This document shows, piece by piece, positions 36,859-45,774 of a DNA stretch of 64,000 nucleotides. Positions within the stretch are counted from its first letter, which is position 1; each line of letters begins with the position of its first letter. The position numbers and the translations under genes are program-made. Below the pieces are notes generated by a model, which saw only the letters and a program-made list of their open reading frames with translations, ran no database searches and had not been told where the DNA came from. This stretch comes from an uncultured Desulfurococcales archaeon (GTDB lineage Archaea > Thermoproteota > Thermoprotei_A > Sulfolobales > CAZFJX01): the NCBI GenBank assembly GCA_964519505.1, contig CAZFJX010000005.1:20743-84742 (forward strand). The letters run 5' to 3'.

Positions 36859-38343
36859 TCACTCCTTGATTACTATCTCATCGCCTAACTGAGCCTTTAA
36901 CTGATCGACTATGTAGGAAACCGCGTCTTCAGGTGATAGCTCACCGCTTTCTACACCACCCATAGCCTTAAATACGATCTCATCGTAAGTACCGAACTTA
37001 GCGTGGTTTGGTGGGAACTTGCTGAACTCTAGTAGTGATGCTGATACGGCTAACCATTTATCCTCTTGGTACTTCTTAGCGCTTAACTCTGAGTACATGA
37101 TAGCTAAGTGACCGCTCTCAACGGCATGTATGGCGTTGTATAGTGGGTTAGTTGCTAGTGCTACTATTAGGAAGGCTAGGTCTGGATGCTTACTCTGGCT
37201 TGATACCATGTAGACTAACGGGTGTGATAGGGTTACTGGCTTACCACCTTTCTCGCCTGGCGGTACTGGTATGAAGTCGATGTTAGCCCAGAACTCCTCT
37301 TCAGGCATGTTGTACTTCTTTATCCACTCAGCCTTCTGCCACGTACCGCCGAACCAGAATAGTAACTTACCGGCCACCCAATTCTCATGGATGATCTTCC
37401 AGTCAAGACCTATCATATCGCTCCTTAATGCCTTATACTTATGTACAGCATCATGTAGCCACTTCATCATATTCAACATAGCCTTCTTGTCAAGTACCAA
37501 CTTACCTGTCTCTGGATCCTGTAGTATGCCTCCAAAGGCTAAGTAGATCTGGTAGTAGTCAACACCTCTCTTAGGCCTATGCCATATACAGTAGCCCTCT
37601 TCAATAACCCCCTTATCGATGGCCTCCTTACATATCTCTAGTAAATCCCATAGAGTTATCTCACCATTCCAAGCCTTTTTCTTGAACTCCTCAATATCCT
37701 CATCTGACCAGCCCATATCCTTCAGTAGGTCCTTCCTAAAGTATAGCGGTCTAGCCTCAGTATCCTGTGGTATACCCCATATCTTACCCTTATACTTAAC
37801 TGAGTCCCATAGTGATGGTATCATGTCATCAAAGAACCAGAGACCCTTATACTTAGCTATGAAGTCATCTAAAGGTAGTATATAGCCCGCTTCAGCCCAT
37901 GGCGCTATATCCTCATGGCCTGACAGTATTATGTCTGGCGCCTCACCCGCCTGGAACATCATTAGTAACTTATTCTTATAGTCCTCCCAAGAACCTGTCC
38001 AGAACTCACCCTCGACCTTAACAGTTACTGGTATTCCAGCATCAGCTAACATCTTATTAAGTAGCTCAGCAGCCCTCTTCAAGTTCTCGAATCTGTTGTA
38101 GCTGGGCTCGTCAGGACCTACGGTCATAGCCCTAATGACTATCTCCTGAGGACCTGCAGCAGCTGTTACCGTCTTGGTTATTACTGACGTTGACGTCACT
38201 GTCTGCGTTACTGTTGTCGGTGCTGCAGCGGGTGGAGCTGGTTTAATGGCGTAACCTATAGCAACACCTATTATCAATCCGATGATAAGTAGGACAGCAT
38301 ACATCATAGTAGCTTTCTGAGTTGCCATAAGACACACCCACAA
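36859..38343 (-). CDS. Extracellular sugar-binding protein (SBP family 1), membrane-anchored with a Thr-rich stalk
   Basis: 494 aa. N-terminal TM MMYAVLLIIGLIIGVAIGYAI; stalk TTVTQTVTSTSVITKTVT; body with typical CUT1 SBP features (GEAPDIILSGHEDI..., GIPQDTEARPLYFRKDLL). Confidence 0.85.
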   Translation of the reverse strand: MWVCLMATQKATMMYAVLLIIGLIIGVAIGYAIKPAPPAAAPTTVTQTVTSTSVITKTVTAAAGPQEIVIRAMTVGPDEPSYNRFENLKRAAELLNKMLADAGIPVTVKVEGEFWTGSWEDYKNKLLMMFQAGEAPDIILSGHEDIAPWAEAGYILPLDDFIAKYKGLWFFDDMIPSLWDSVKYKGKIWGIPQDTEARPLYFRKDLLKDMGWSDEDIEEFKKKAWNGEITLWDLLEICKEAIDKGVIEEGYCIWHRPKRGVDYYQIYLAFGGILQDPETGKLVLDKKAMLNMMKWLHDAVHKYKALRSDMIGLDWKIIHENWVAGKLLFWFGGTWQKAEWIKKYNMPEEEFWANIDFIPVPPGEKGGKPVTLSHPLVYMVSSQSKHPDLAFLIVALATNPLYNAIHAVESGHLAIMYSELSAKKYQEDKWLAVSASLLEFSKFPPNHAKFGTYDEIVFKAMGGVESGELSPEDAVSYIVDQLKAQLGDEIVIKE

Positions 38344-38586
38344 GATATTAATCTACCTTCACCGATTTAAACCTGTCGGGGCTCCTAATCACTTCACTAT
38401 ATATAGAATTGCTTATCGCACATAAATTTATTTATGGTTCATTTATATACAGTGGTATTTACAGATAAACATATTTATCAAGCAACATATTTATGGCAGA
38501 AACTATAAATATTTAAATCATTGTCCTGAATTACTCAATCATAATTCAAGGGACATAAAGGAAAAGCATAAAAGTTTCTTTTTTGA

Positions 38587-40803
38587 ATGCTTAAACTTGA
38601 ACTTAGTTGGTTGGTGATTTGTATGAAGAGAAAAACGTTAGTCATAATAGCCTTACTAACAATATTGATAGTCGCTCTAGCCCCCACACCTATGGCTAAG
38701 TACGTTAAGTACTATGCTAAGTACGTTAAGTACCCAACATTAAGTGTTCCTGAACCCGTACTTGTTGGAGGAACTCTTGAAGTGAGGGTAGAGCTACCAC
38801 CCGATGAGGAACTTAAGGACTTCAGTATGAGCATATATAACGAGTTCTACAGCTATGACTTAGAATTCATTAATGTTAGCTATAGTGAGTACTGGAAGAG
38901 CTGGATAGCCTACTTCAAACTACCTAACGACGTTAAGCCAGGCTTCTATAGCTTTAAACTAACGTTTACTGGGGCTAAGAGTTATGAAATAGACATGCCT
39001 AATAGCATATGGGTTCTTGAGGAGTGGCCCGACGAGCTAGTATTTATATTCGTTGGTGACACCAAGACACCTGCAGGTGAGCCATACTGGGCTGAAATGG
39101 TTAAGGAGGCTAACCTAATCCACCCTGACTTCTTGATATTTGATGGTGACCAAGTAGATAGGCCCTATAGAAGTGCTTGGGAGAAATACCTTAAATGGTG
39201 GTTGGCACTCAAAATACCTGGTTACGGAGTTATAGGTAATCATGAGTACGACGCCCCTGGCGTACATAAGACTTGGTCAAAGATAATGGGCTATACAAAC
39301 TATTCAGTAACCATTGGTAAGTTCCTGTTAATAGCCCTAGATACAGGGATGGATGGCTGGATAAGCATGGATCAGGCGAAGTGGCTTGAGAACCTACTTA
39401 AGAAGAATGCTAATAAGGTAAAGATACTTGTAATGCACCATCCAATATTTGGTTATAAAATTAAGGATGAGAAGATTGAGGTTGTTGAGGTTAAGGACAT
39501 CGATTCAGACTTTGAGAGGCTATTTAATGAGGGATACTTCTATGGTAGCTGGTCAGAGCATAAGGAGGAGCTTAAGGAATTATTTAGGATAATACTTACT
39601 TACGGTGTTAGGTTAGTGCTGTCCGCCCATACCCATACAGACATAAATAACGTTGTAATATATAACGGAACCGAGTACTACTTTATAACAATGAGCGGCG
39701 TACCTTATGATGTTAGAGACTTCGATGTTAGGGGCTTTAGGCTAATACACATATACGCTAATGGTACCATAGTTAGGGAGTCATTAACATATATGGGTAA
39801 AGCGTTTTCAGACTATCCGAACAGTATACCAATAGAATCAGGTGAGAAGGTATATCCATATAGGTTAGGCTACCTAGAGTACTATTACACACCAGCTAAT
39901 GACGGCACCAAGTACGCGATCTCCTTTAAGGCATGGAACGACCTTGACATGAACTTTAGTGAGATATATGTATGCTTCAAGTTACCCAAAGATAAACCTA
40001 TAAAGGAGTACAAGTTCCTACCAACAACACCGGAGTACGAGGTATTAGAGACCGACAATTACTACTACGTAATCCTTAAGGATGTTGACTTACCAGCCCA
40101 CAGCGTGGTTAAGTTCACCATAACGGCTATAGACGATACTGATGACCCAACAATAGGTAGCATAACGATGTCTTTAGGTGAGCATGGCTGGTGGGTAGGT
40201 CAGATATTAGTTTCTGACCAGGGTTGGGGTGTTGATAATGTGACCATATACTATAGTCTCAACGGTGAAGAGTGGAAGGAACCAGCACTATATGATTTCG
40301 TTAAAGCACTAGATAACGGCACATTAATCTATAAGTTCTGGATATCTGGTAAGGAGATTACAGATAAAGCATACTTCAAGGTAGTCGTCACTGACTTTGC
40401 CATGCATAAGGTCGTTAAGGAGTACGTATTCACACCTGAGAAAGGATTTGAAGTGCCAGTAACCACTACACCAACAACACCGACAACCCCACCAACCACA
40501 ACTACAACAACCGTAACAACCCCACCAACAACTACCACACCTCCAACAACCAGTACGACAGTAACCACGCCACCAACCACAACGCCCACGACTACCGTAA
40601 CTACATCACCAACCACAACGACACCGCCACCAACTAAGACCACCACAACACCTACTCCAACGACTACGACTCCCTCACCAACATCAACAACACCAACAAC
40701 AACCCCACCACCTAAGCCTGATTACACACCATTGATCATAGGTGTAGTTGTGATAGTTATAATAGCGGCTATAGCCGCTATATTCTTAAAGAGAAGGACG
40801 TAA
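38587..40803 (+). CDS. Surface-anchored calcineurin-like metallophosphoesterase with a large C-terminal beta-rich region, Thr/Pro stalk and C-terminal TM
   Basis: 738 aa. FVGDTKTP, FDGDQVDRP, GNHEYD, MHHPIFG, SAHTHTD. ~100-aa T/P stalk, then LIIGVVVIVIIAAIAAIFL. The likely start is MKRKTLVII (38623). Confidence 0.8.
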   Translation: MLKLELSWLVICMKRKTLVIIALLTILIVALAPTPMAKYVKYYAKYVKYPTLSVPEPVLVGGTLEVRVELPPDEELKDFSMSIYNEFYSYDLEFINVSYSEYWKSWIAYFKLPNDVKPGFYSFKLTFTGAKSYEIDMPNSIWVLEEWPDELVFIFVGDTKTPAGEPYWAEMVKEANLIHPDFLIFDGDQVDRPYRSAWEKYLKWWLALKIPGYGVIGNHEYDAPGVHKTWSKIMGYTNYSVTIGKFLLIALDTGMDGWISMDQAKWLENLLKKNANKVKILVMHHPIFGYKIKDEKIEVVEVKDIDSDFERLFNEGYFYGSWSEHKEELKELFRIILTYGVRLVLSAHTHTDINNVVIYNGTEYYFITMSGVPYDVRDFDVRGFRLIHIYANGTIVRESLTYMGKAFSDYPNSIPIESGEKVYPYRLGYLEYYYTPANDGTKYAISFKAWNDLDMNFSEIYVCFKLPKDKPIKEYKFLPTTPEYEVLETDNYYYVILKDVDLPAHSVVKFTITAIDDTDDPTIGSITMSLGEHGWWVGQILVSDQGWGVDNVTIYYSLNGEEWKEPALYDFVKALDNGTLIYKFWISGKEITDKAYFKVVVTDFAMHKVVKEYVFTPEKGFEVPVTTTPTTPTTPPTTTTTTVTTPPTTTTPPTTSTTVTTPPTTTPTTTVTTSPTTTTPPPTKTTTTPTPTTTTPSPTSTTPTTTPPPKPDYTPLIIGVVVIVIIAAIAAIFLKRRT
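40648..40712 (+). repeat. 65-bp perfect inverted-repeat copy A (inside the T/P stalk of the phosphoesterase gene)
   Basis: acacctactccaacgactacgactccctcaccaacatcaacaacaccaacaacaaccccaccacc is the exact reverse complement of 45415-45479. Compared by hand, base by base. Confidence 0.9.
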
Positions 40804-40861
40804 GTAATCTTGATTAAGTAAATAAATTAAATTGAATGTTTTTATCTCAATAACTTCTGAC

Positions 40862-41965
40862 TTACTCTATCTTCCCGAAGTAAGGCAGTTCTGACTTACT
40901 ATATGGGAATACTATGGTCTCATCATAGGTTATGTATACCTTAAGTCTATCACCTATCTTTACTGGTGTGTCTGGATCCATACTTACCAAGAACCTCTTC
41001 CCATGTGACTTAATCCTCACTTCAGCGTACGGACCTACGAAGGATACCCAATCAACAACGCCCTCTACCTCGTTATGATCCTTCCTAGGCTTCGTTAATG
41101 TGAAGTCGTGGGGTCTCATTATAGCTACCGCCTCATCACCTATGAATAACTTAATATCCCTCGCCGGCTTCACGCCAGTTATGCTTAGCCCACCAGCATC
41201 TATAGTTACATAGCCATCCGGAGTCACTTTCCTTACGGTACCCTTAACTATGGAGCATCTACCTAAGAAGGTAGCTACGAATAATGTTCTTGGATTTCTA
41301 TAAAGCTCCTGCGGCGGACCTACCTGAATTACCTTACCGAAGTTCATTACGGCTATCCTATCTGAAATAACCATGGCTTCCTCCTGATCATGGGTTACGT
41401 AGATAGTCGTTATACCTAACTGTCTTTGAATCCTCTTAATCTCCTCCCTCATCTCAACCCTTAACTTAGCATCAAGGTTGGATAAAGGCTCATCAAGAAG
41501 AAGTACTGCTGGCTCAATAACTAAAGCCCTAGCCAAAGCAACTCTCTGTTGCTGGCCTCCAGAGAGCTGGGTTGGGTACCTATTCTCAAGACCGCGTAGC
41601 TTAACTAATTCAAGAACCTCATGAACCCTCCTACGTATTTCGTTCTTAGGTAATCTCCTTATCTTTAAACCATAAGCGACATTATCGAATACGGTCATAT
41701 GGGGCCATAAGGCATAGTTCTGAAATACCATGCCTGTATTTCTCTTATAAGGAGGCTCATCAGTAACGTCCTTATCATCAAAGAATACCTTACCTTCATC
41801 AGGATATTCGAGACCCGCTATGATCCTTAGTGTAGTTGTTTTACCGCAACCTGAAGGTCCTAGGAACGTGAAGAACTCTCCATGCTCTATAGTTAGTGTT
41901 ATGCTATCAGCAGCTACTACCTCACCGAACCTCTTTGTTACGTTCTCTAACCTTACGCTTACCAT
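40862..41965 (-). CDS. ABC transporter ATP-binding protein (FbpC/PotA-like, Fe3+/polyamine type)
   Basis: 367 aa. GPSGCGKTTTLRIIAG, LSGGQQQRVALARAL, LLLDEPLSNLD, plus a C-terminal TOBE-like domain. Confidence 0.9.
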   Translation of the reverse strand: MVSVRLENVTKRFGEVVAADSITLTIEHGEFFTFLGPSGCGKTTTLRIIAGLEYPDEGKVFFDDKDVTDEPPYKRNTGMVFQNYALWPHMTVFDNVAYGLKIRRLPKNEIRRRVHEVLELVKLRGLENRYPTQLSGGQQQRVALARALVIEPAVLLLDEPLSNLDAKLRVEMREEIKRIQRQLGITTIYVTHDQEEAMVISDRIAVMNFGKVIQVGPPQELYRNPRTLFVATFLGRCSIVKGTVRKVTPDGYVTIDAGGLSITGVKPARDIKLFIGDEAVAIMRPHDFTLTKPRKDHNEVEGVVDWVSFVGPYAEVRIKSHGKRFLVSMDPDTPVKIGDRLKVYITYDETIVFPYSKSELPYFGKIE

Positions 41966-41967
41966 GG

Positions 41968-43881
41968 TTACACACCTAAGAAAGCAACTCTCTGCTTAAG
42001 AATATAGTTTGAGAGGGTAATAGCCGTTATCTGAAGGACCATCAGTAAAACACCTAATGCAGCAGCCACACTTACAGCGCCTACGGCTGCGGTACCGTAT
42101 ATTACCTGGCTCATTAGGAATGTTATGGGTCCTTGATTCGGGTTGCGGCTACCTAATATGACGCTAGTACTTACCTCACTCATGCAGTAAACAAAGGCTA
42201 GTATGGAGCCACCTATTATGTTAGCTGCAAGTAGCGGCATGACTATATTAAAGAATGCCCTAGCCCTACTAGCACCTAAGTTATGGGCAGCCTCCTCAAG
42301 ACTTACGTGGGTCTGCTGAAGACCCGCGAATACAGACCTAGCTAGGAAGGGTAACCTCCTAACCGCGTAGGTAAACACCAGTAGCGCTCCAGGGTTAATG
42401 AATGGATCCATGAATGTGTTTGAGAATACGGTGCCGAAGAATACTAAGTAACCTACGGCCACTATAATGCCCGGTATGACTATAGGCGTAGTTGCTAGTA
42501 AGTCAAGGAGTTCCCTACCGGGTATTCTTCTACGAGCAACTATGTATGCGGCACTGGTTCCCGTAAGGACTATGACGACTATGGCTAAGCCAGCGTACGT
42601 TAAGCTATTGGTTATTGCCTGAGTAACTGCTGACTTAGTGAGTAGCTCAGATATGTATTCTAAAGTAAACTTAGTCGGTAACGCACCACTCGTAGCCCAA
42701 TCGGTAAGTGCTAAAACAACAACACCTATCTGCGGGAAGCTAGCGATAATGACTAAGGGTATTAAGAATACATATATGGCTACTAAGCCCTTAGTCCCCG
42801 GCCTCCTAACTCTAGGACTCCACCTACCTCCCTTAGCCAACATAGCGTACTGCCTTAGTGAGACGTACTTCTTAATAAGTAAGAATGCAATAGCAGCTAT
42901 GACTAGCATTATCACCGCTATGGCATAAGCAGATGAATGTACTTGCTGCAGGGTTAGCGCCTTCTTGAACTCATCAAATACGTAGAAGGACATTACGTGG
43001 GTATGTAGCCCATCGCCAAAGGCGCCACTAAGACCTATAGGGGCACCTAAGTCCTCCATACTGAATATGAAGACTAAGGTAGCACCAGCAGCCAACCCAG
43101 GCAGTGATAGTGGGAACGTCACGGTCCTAAATAGCTTAAATCCATGGGCACCCATATTCTCTGCTTGCTCCTCAAGTGCTGGATCTATATTGATGAGGCT
43201 TGAGAGTACGTTAATATAGACTATAGGGAAGAAGCTTAATGTCTGAACAAGTATGACTGCGGGTAAGCCAACTATAACTATAGTATAATCAATTATCTTA
43301 AGAACATCCTTAAGTAGGTAATTAAGGAGCCCGCCAGGACCTAATACCTTACCTATAACATAGGCATTAACGAATGGCGTTGCCAGTAAAGGTATCATGA
43401 GGAGTACTCTAAATACGTTCTTGCCTGGGAAGTTGTACCTGGCCATTATGAAGGCAGCTATAGTGCCTATTATTGAGGCGAAGAGCGTGACCATCGAAGA
43501 AACGAATATTGAGTTGAGTATGTATCCGAAGTCGGGCCCCTTACTACCTATAACTAATGTCTTGAGAGGTACGAGAATCCTGGTTCCGTTGGGTAGGGTA
43601 ACGAACTTATAACGCTCAATAAACTCCATTACCTTACCCTCAGGTGGGAACCTAACCATTGAGGGGTCGGTAAATGTTTCCTCAAAGTACTTAAGTGTGA
43701 ATGCACCCTCATGAAAGAATGCACGTGCTAACATAGAGAATATAGGTATAACGAGGAACAGTATTAATATTGAAAAAGCTATTAAAAGTTGAATTACAGT
43801 TAGTTTATCTAATTCTCTCTTTAACACCCTTAAGTTATGCCTAAGCCTTAGCTCCCTCCTCAAACCCTCTAATTTACCCAT
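41968..43881 (-). CDS. Fused two-module ABC permease (FbpB/ThiP-like)
   Basis: 637 aa with two permease modules, each carrying an EAA loop (EQAENMGAHGFKLFRTVTFPLSLPG and EEAAHNLGASRARAFFNIVMPLLAAN). Confidence 0.85.
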   Translation of the reverse strand: MGKLEGLRRELRLRHNLRVLKRELDKLTVIQLLIAFSILILFLVIPIFSMLARAFFHEGAFTLKYFEETFTDPSMVRFPPEGKVMEFIERYKFVTLPNGTRILVPLKTLVIGSKGPDFGYILNSIFVSSMVTLFASIIGTIAAFIMARYNFPGKNVFRVLLMIPLLATPFVNAYVIGKVLGPGGLLNYLLKDVLKIIDYTIVIVGLPAVILVQTLSFFPIVYINVLSSLINIDPALEEQAENMGAHGFKLFRTVTFPLSLPGLAAGATLVFIFSMEDLGAPIGLSGAFGDGLHTHVMSFYVFDEFKKALTLQQVHSSAYAIAVIMLVIAAIAFLLIKKYVSLRQYAMLAKGGRWSPRVRRPGTKGLVAIYVFLIPLVIIASFPQIGVVVLALTDWATSGALPTKFTLEYISELLTKSAVTQAITNSLTYAGLAIVVIVLTGTSAAYIVARRRIPGRELLDLLATTPIVIPGIIVAVGYLVFFGTVFSNTFMDPFINPGALLVFTYAVRRLPFLARSVFAGLQQTHVSLEEAAHNLGASRARAFFNIVMPLLAANIIGGSILAFVYCMSEVSTSVILGSRNPNQGPITFLMSQVIYGTAAVGAVSVAAALGVLLMVLQITAITLSNYILKQRVAFLGV

Positions 43882-43916
43882 TAATATCCCTCAGCTACCA
43901 TAACCCACTAGGGTAT

Positions 43917-45608
43917 TCAACCTATTAAAGATTTCAACTCATTGAGTATTTCAGTATATCTCTCCTCGGCAGCTTGGCTCCATGCCCTTACTAACGCGTT
44001 CCTATAGTCTGGGCTCTTCATTATCTTCTTATTAGCCATCTGGGCTACCTCTTGAGTGAATGTGAGTTCCTTACCTGTCTCTGGGTCCTTGAACTTCAGT
44101 AGTGTTGGGTTAGTTAACCTATTTACGAAGTCCTCGAACTGCTCCTTAGTTATCTTACCCATTAGGTAAGCAAGCGCTAACTCTCTCCAAACCTCCTGTA
44201 GCTTGTCATGAGGTCTAGTTATTGTTGCGTGGAAGAACCACCTCATAGCTTCCTCATAGCTTAGCGCTAACTCATCACTAAACTCTATAGATGAAGCACT
44301 TAATGTCCTCTCATAAGCCTGCTTTAAGTCCTGTCTAGCTTGGCCCTCAGATGTCTCGAAGACCTTCGGGTTAACGGGCATTCTGTTTACCTTAGGGTGC
44401 ATCCAGATGGTCTGGCCCTCAGCACTTAATACCCAGGCAATGAATGCTTGAGCTGCCTCAGGGTGTTTGCTTGTTACTACTAAGGCTATTGGATCACCAT
44501 TAACTATTGAGCCGTCGGCAGGTAGTACGTACTGACACTGCTCAGGATTCTCTAACTGTGCTGTATATCCGTAGAAATCTATCGTGATACCTACAGCTAT
44601 ATCGCCCCTAATCACAGCGTCCCTAACGAGTCCTGATTCATCATAGATCCTTGCATTGGCTCCCATTAACGTAATTATCTTCCAGCCCTCCTCCCAGCCA
44701 TAGATCTGTAGGATGATCTCATACATCCTCGTGTTGCTGGTGCTTCTTATGGCGTCAGCAACACCTACACTAGGTGTTGGTAGGGTTACAGCGAAGTCAG
44801 GGCTAGCTAGGTCAGTCCATTTCTGAGGTGTTGGTAAGCCAAACTCAGTGAGTTTCTGCTTGTTTATGGTGAAGCCGAATGAGGCTATTGCTGCGGCTAT
44901 CCATATTATGTTACCGTTCTTATCCTTCCTAATCATTGGTGAGCCAGCTATCTCCTCAGGTATTTCAGGTAATACCTTCATTACCTCCTCACTAGTTATT
45001 GGTGCTAGTAAGCCCTCAGCGGCTAAGTAGTCGAATAGTGTTGGTCCACCGCCCCAAGCAACATCGACCTCCCTACCAGGCTTCTGCGCTAACGCCTTAA
45101 TCGTGTCAATCCACTGCGATGGATCTACAGGCATCCATATAATATCAACAATATTATACTTCTTAGCTAACTCACTCTTAAGGAACTTCTCCTTAGCTAC
45201 GTCTAAGATGTCATATGGGTGTCTAGTGATTACCTTAAGTACTATGCCCTTCTCGGCAGGTGTTGTGGTTGTTGGTGTCGTAGTGGGTGGAGGAGTTGTT
45301 GTAGGCGGAGTGGTTACTGTGGTTGTTGGTGTAGTTGTAGGTGTTGTTGGTGGGGTTGTCGGTGTCGTTGTAGGTGTGGTGGTTGTCGGCGGGGTCGTCG
45401 TAGGTGTTGTAGTTGGTGGTGGGGTTGTTGTTGGTGTTGTTGATGTTGGTGAGGGAGTCGTAGTCGTTGGAGTAGGTGTCGTTGTTGGTGTTGGTGCTGG
45501 GGGCTTATATAGTATTAAGGCACCAGCTATTAACGCTATTATGATTACTACAACTATACCGATAGCTACGGTTTTTGAAATGCCTGACTTAACGCGGCTA
45601 ATACGCAT
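43917..45608 (-). CDS. Extracellular substrate-binding protein (Fe3+/thiamine-type SBP), N-terminal TM and ~95-aa Thr/Pro stalk
   Basis: 563 aa. TM TVAIGIVVVIIIALIAGALILY, T/P stalk, then body ...DVAWGGGPTLFDYLAAEGLL... Confidence 0.8.
   Translation of the reverse strand: MRISRVKSGISKTVAIGIVVVIIIALIAGALILYKPPAPTPTTTPTPTTTTPSPTSTTPTTTPPPTTTPTTTPPTTTTPTTTPTTPPTTPTTTPTTTVTTPPTTTPPPTTTPTTTTPAEKGIVLKVITRHPYDILDVAKEKFLKSELAKKYNIVDIIWMPVDPSQWIDTIKALAQKPGREVDVAWGGGPTLFDYLAAEGLLAPITSEEVMKVLPEIPEEIAGSPMIRKDKNGNIIWIAAAIASFGFTINKQKLTEFGLPTPQKWTDLASPDFAVTLPTPSVGVADAIRSTSNTRMYEIILQIYGWEEGWKIITLMGANARIYDESGLVRDAVIRGDIAVGITIDFYGYTAQLENPEQCQYVLPADGSIVNGDPIALVVTSKHPEAAQAFIAWVLSAEGQTIWMHPKVNRMPVNPKVFETSEGQARQDLKQAYERTLSASSIEFSDELALSYEEAMRWFFHATITRPHDKLQEVWRELALAYLMGKITKEQFEDFVNRLTNPTLLKFKDPETGKELTFTQEVAQMANKKIMKSPDYRNALVRAWSQAAEERYTEILNELKSLIG
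45415..45479 (-). repeat. 65-bp perfect inverted-repeat copy B (inside the T/P stalk of the SBP gene)
   Basis: Exact reverse complement of 40648-40712. Both copies are in the same codon phase in their own genes and encode TPTPTTTTPSPTSTTPTTTPP. Confidence 0.9.
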
Positions 45609-45774
45609 GAATTACCCCCGCAATAATTAATACTGGAAAGACATTTTAAGGTTTTTATAGATTCTAAGAACACCTAACTTATACTTCATGATCGCTTACG
45701 ATACCATACCGCTTTAAGCTAAATAAGAAAAGCTTAAAACTCTTTTCTTAGTATTTATTACGTGAAAGTCGTTA

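Noticed and set aside
40441-40720. Highly repetitive ACC/ACA/CCA DNA (also at 45240-45500), which could be mistaken for a CRISPR-like or satellite array.
   Set aside because: There is no regular repeat-spacer periodicity. Both regions are in frame inside long ORFs and encode Thr/Pro linkers. Only the 65-bp inverted identity is reported.
45103-45630. Gly/Val-rich (175 aa) and Cys/Arg/Trp-rich (74 aa, 45219-45443) ORFs, plus the Val/Gly-rich ORF at 40329-40646.
   Set aside because: They are antisense or off-frame readings of the ACN/CCN-rich Thr/Pro stalk-coding DNA of the SBP and phosphoesterase genes. Their compositions are mirror artefacts.
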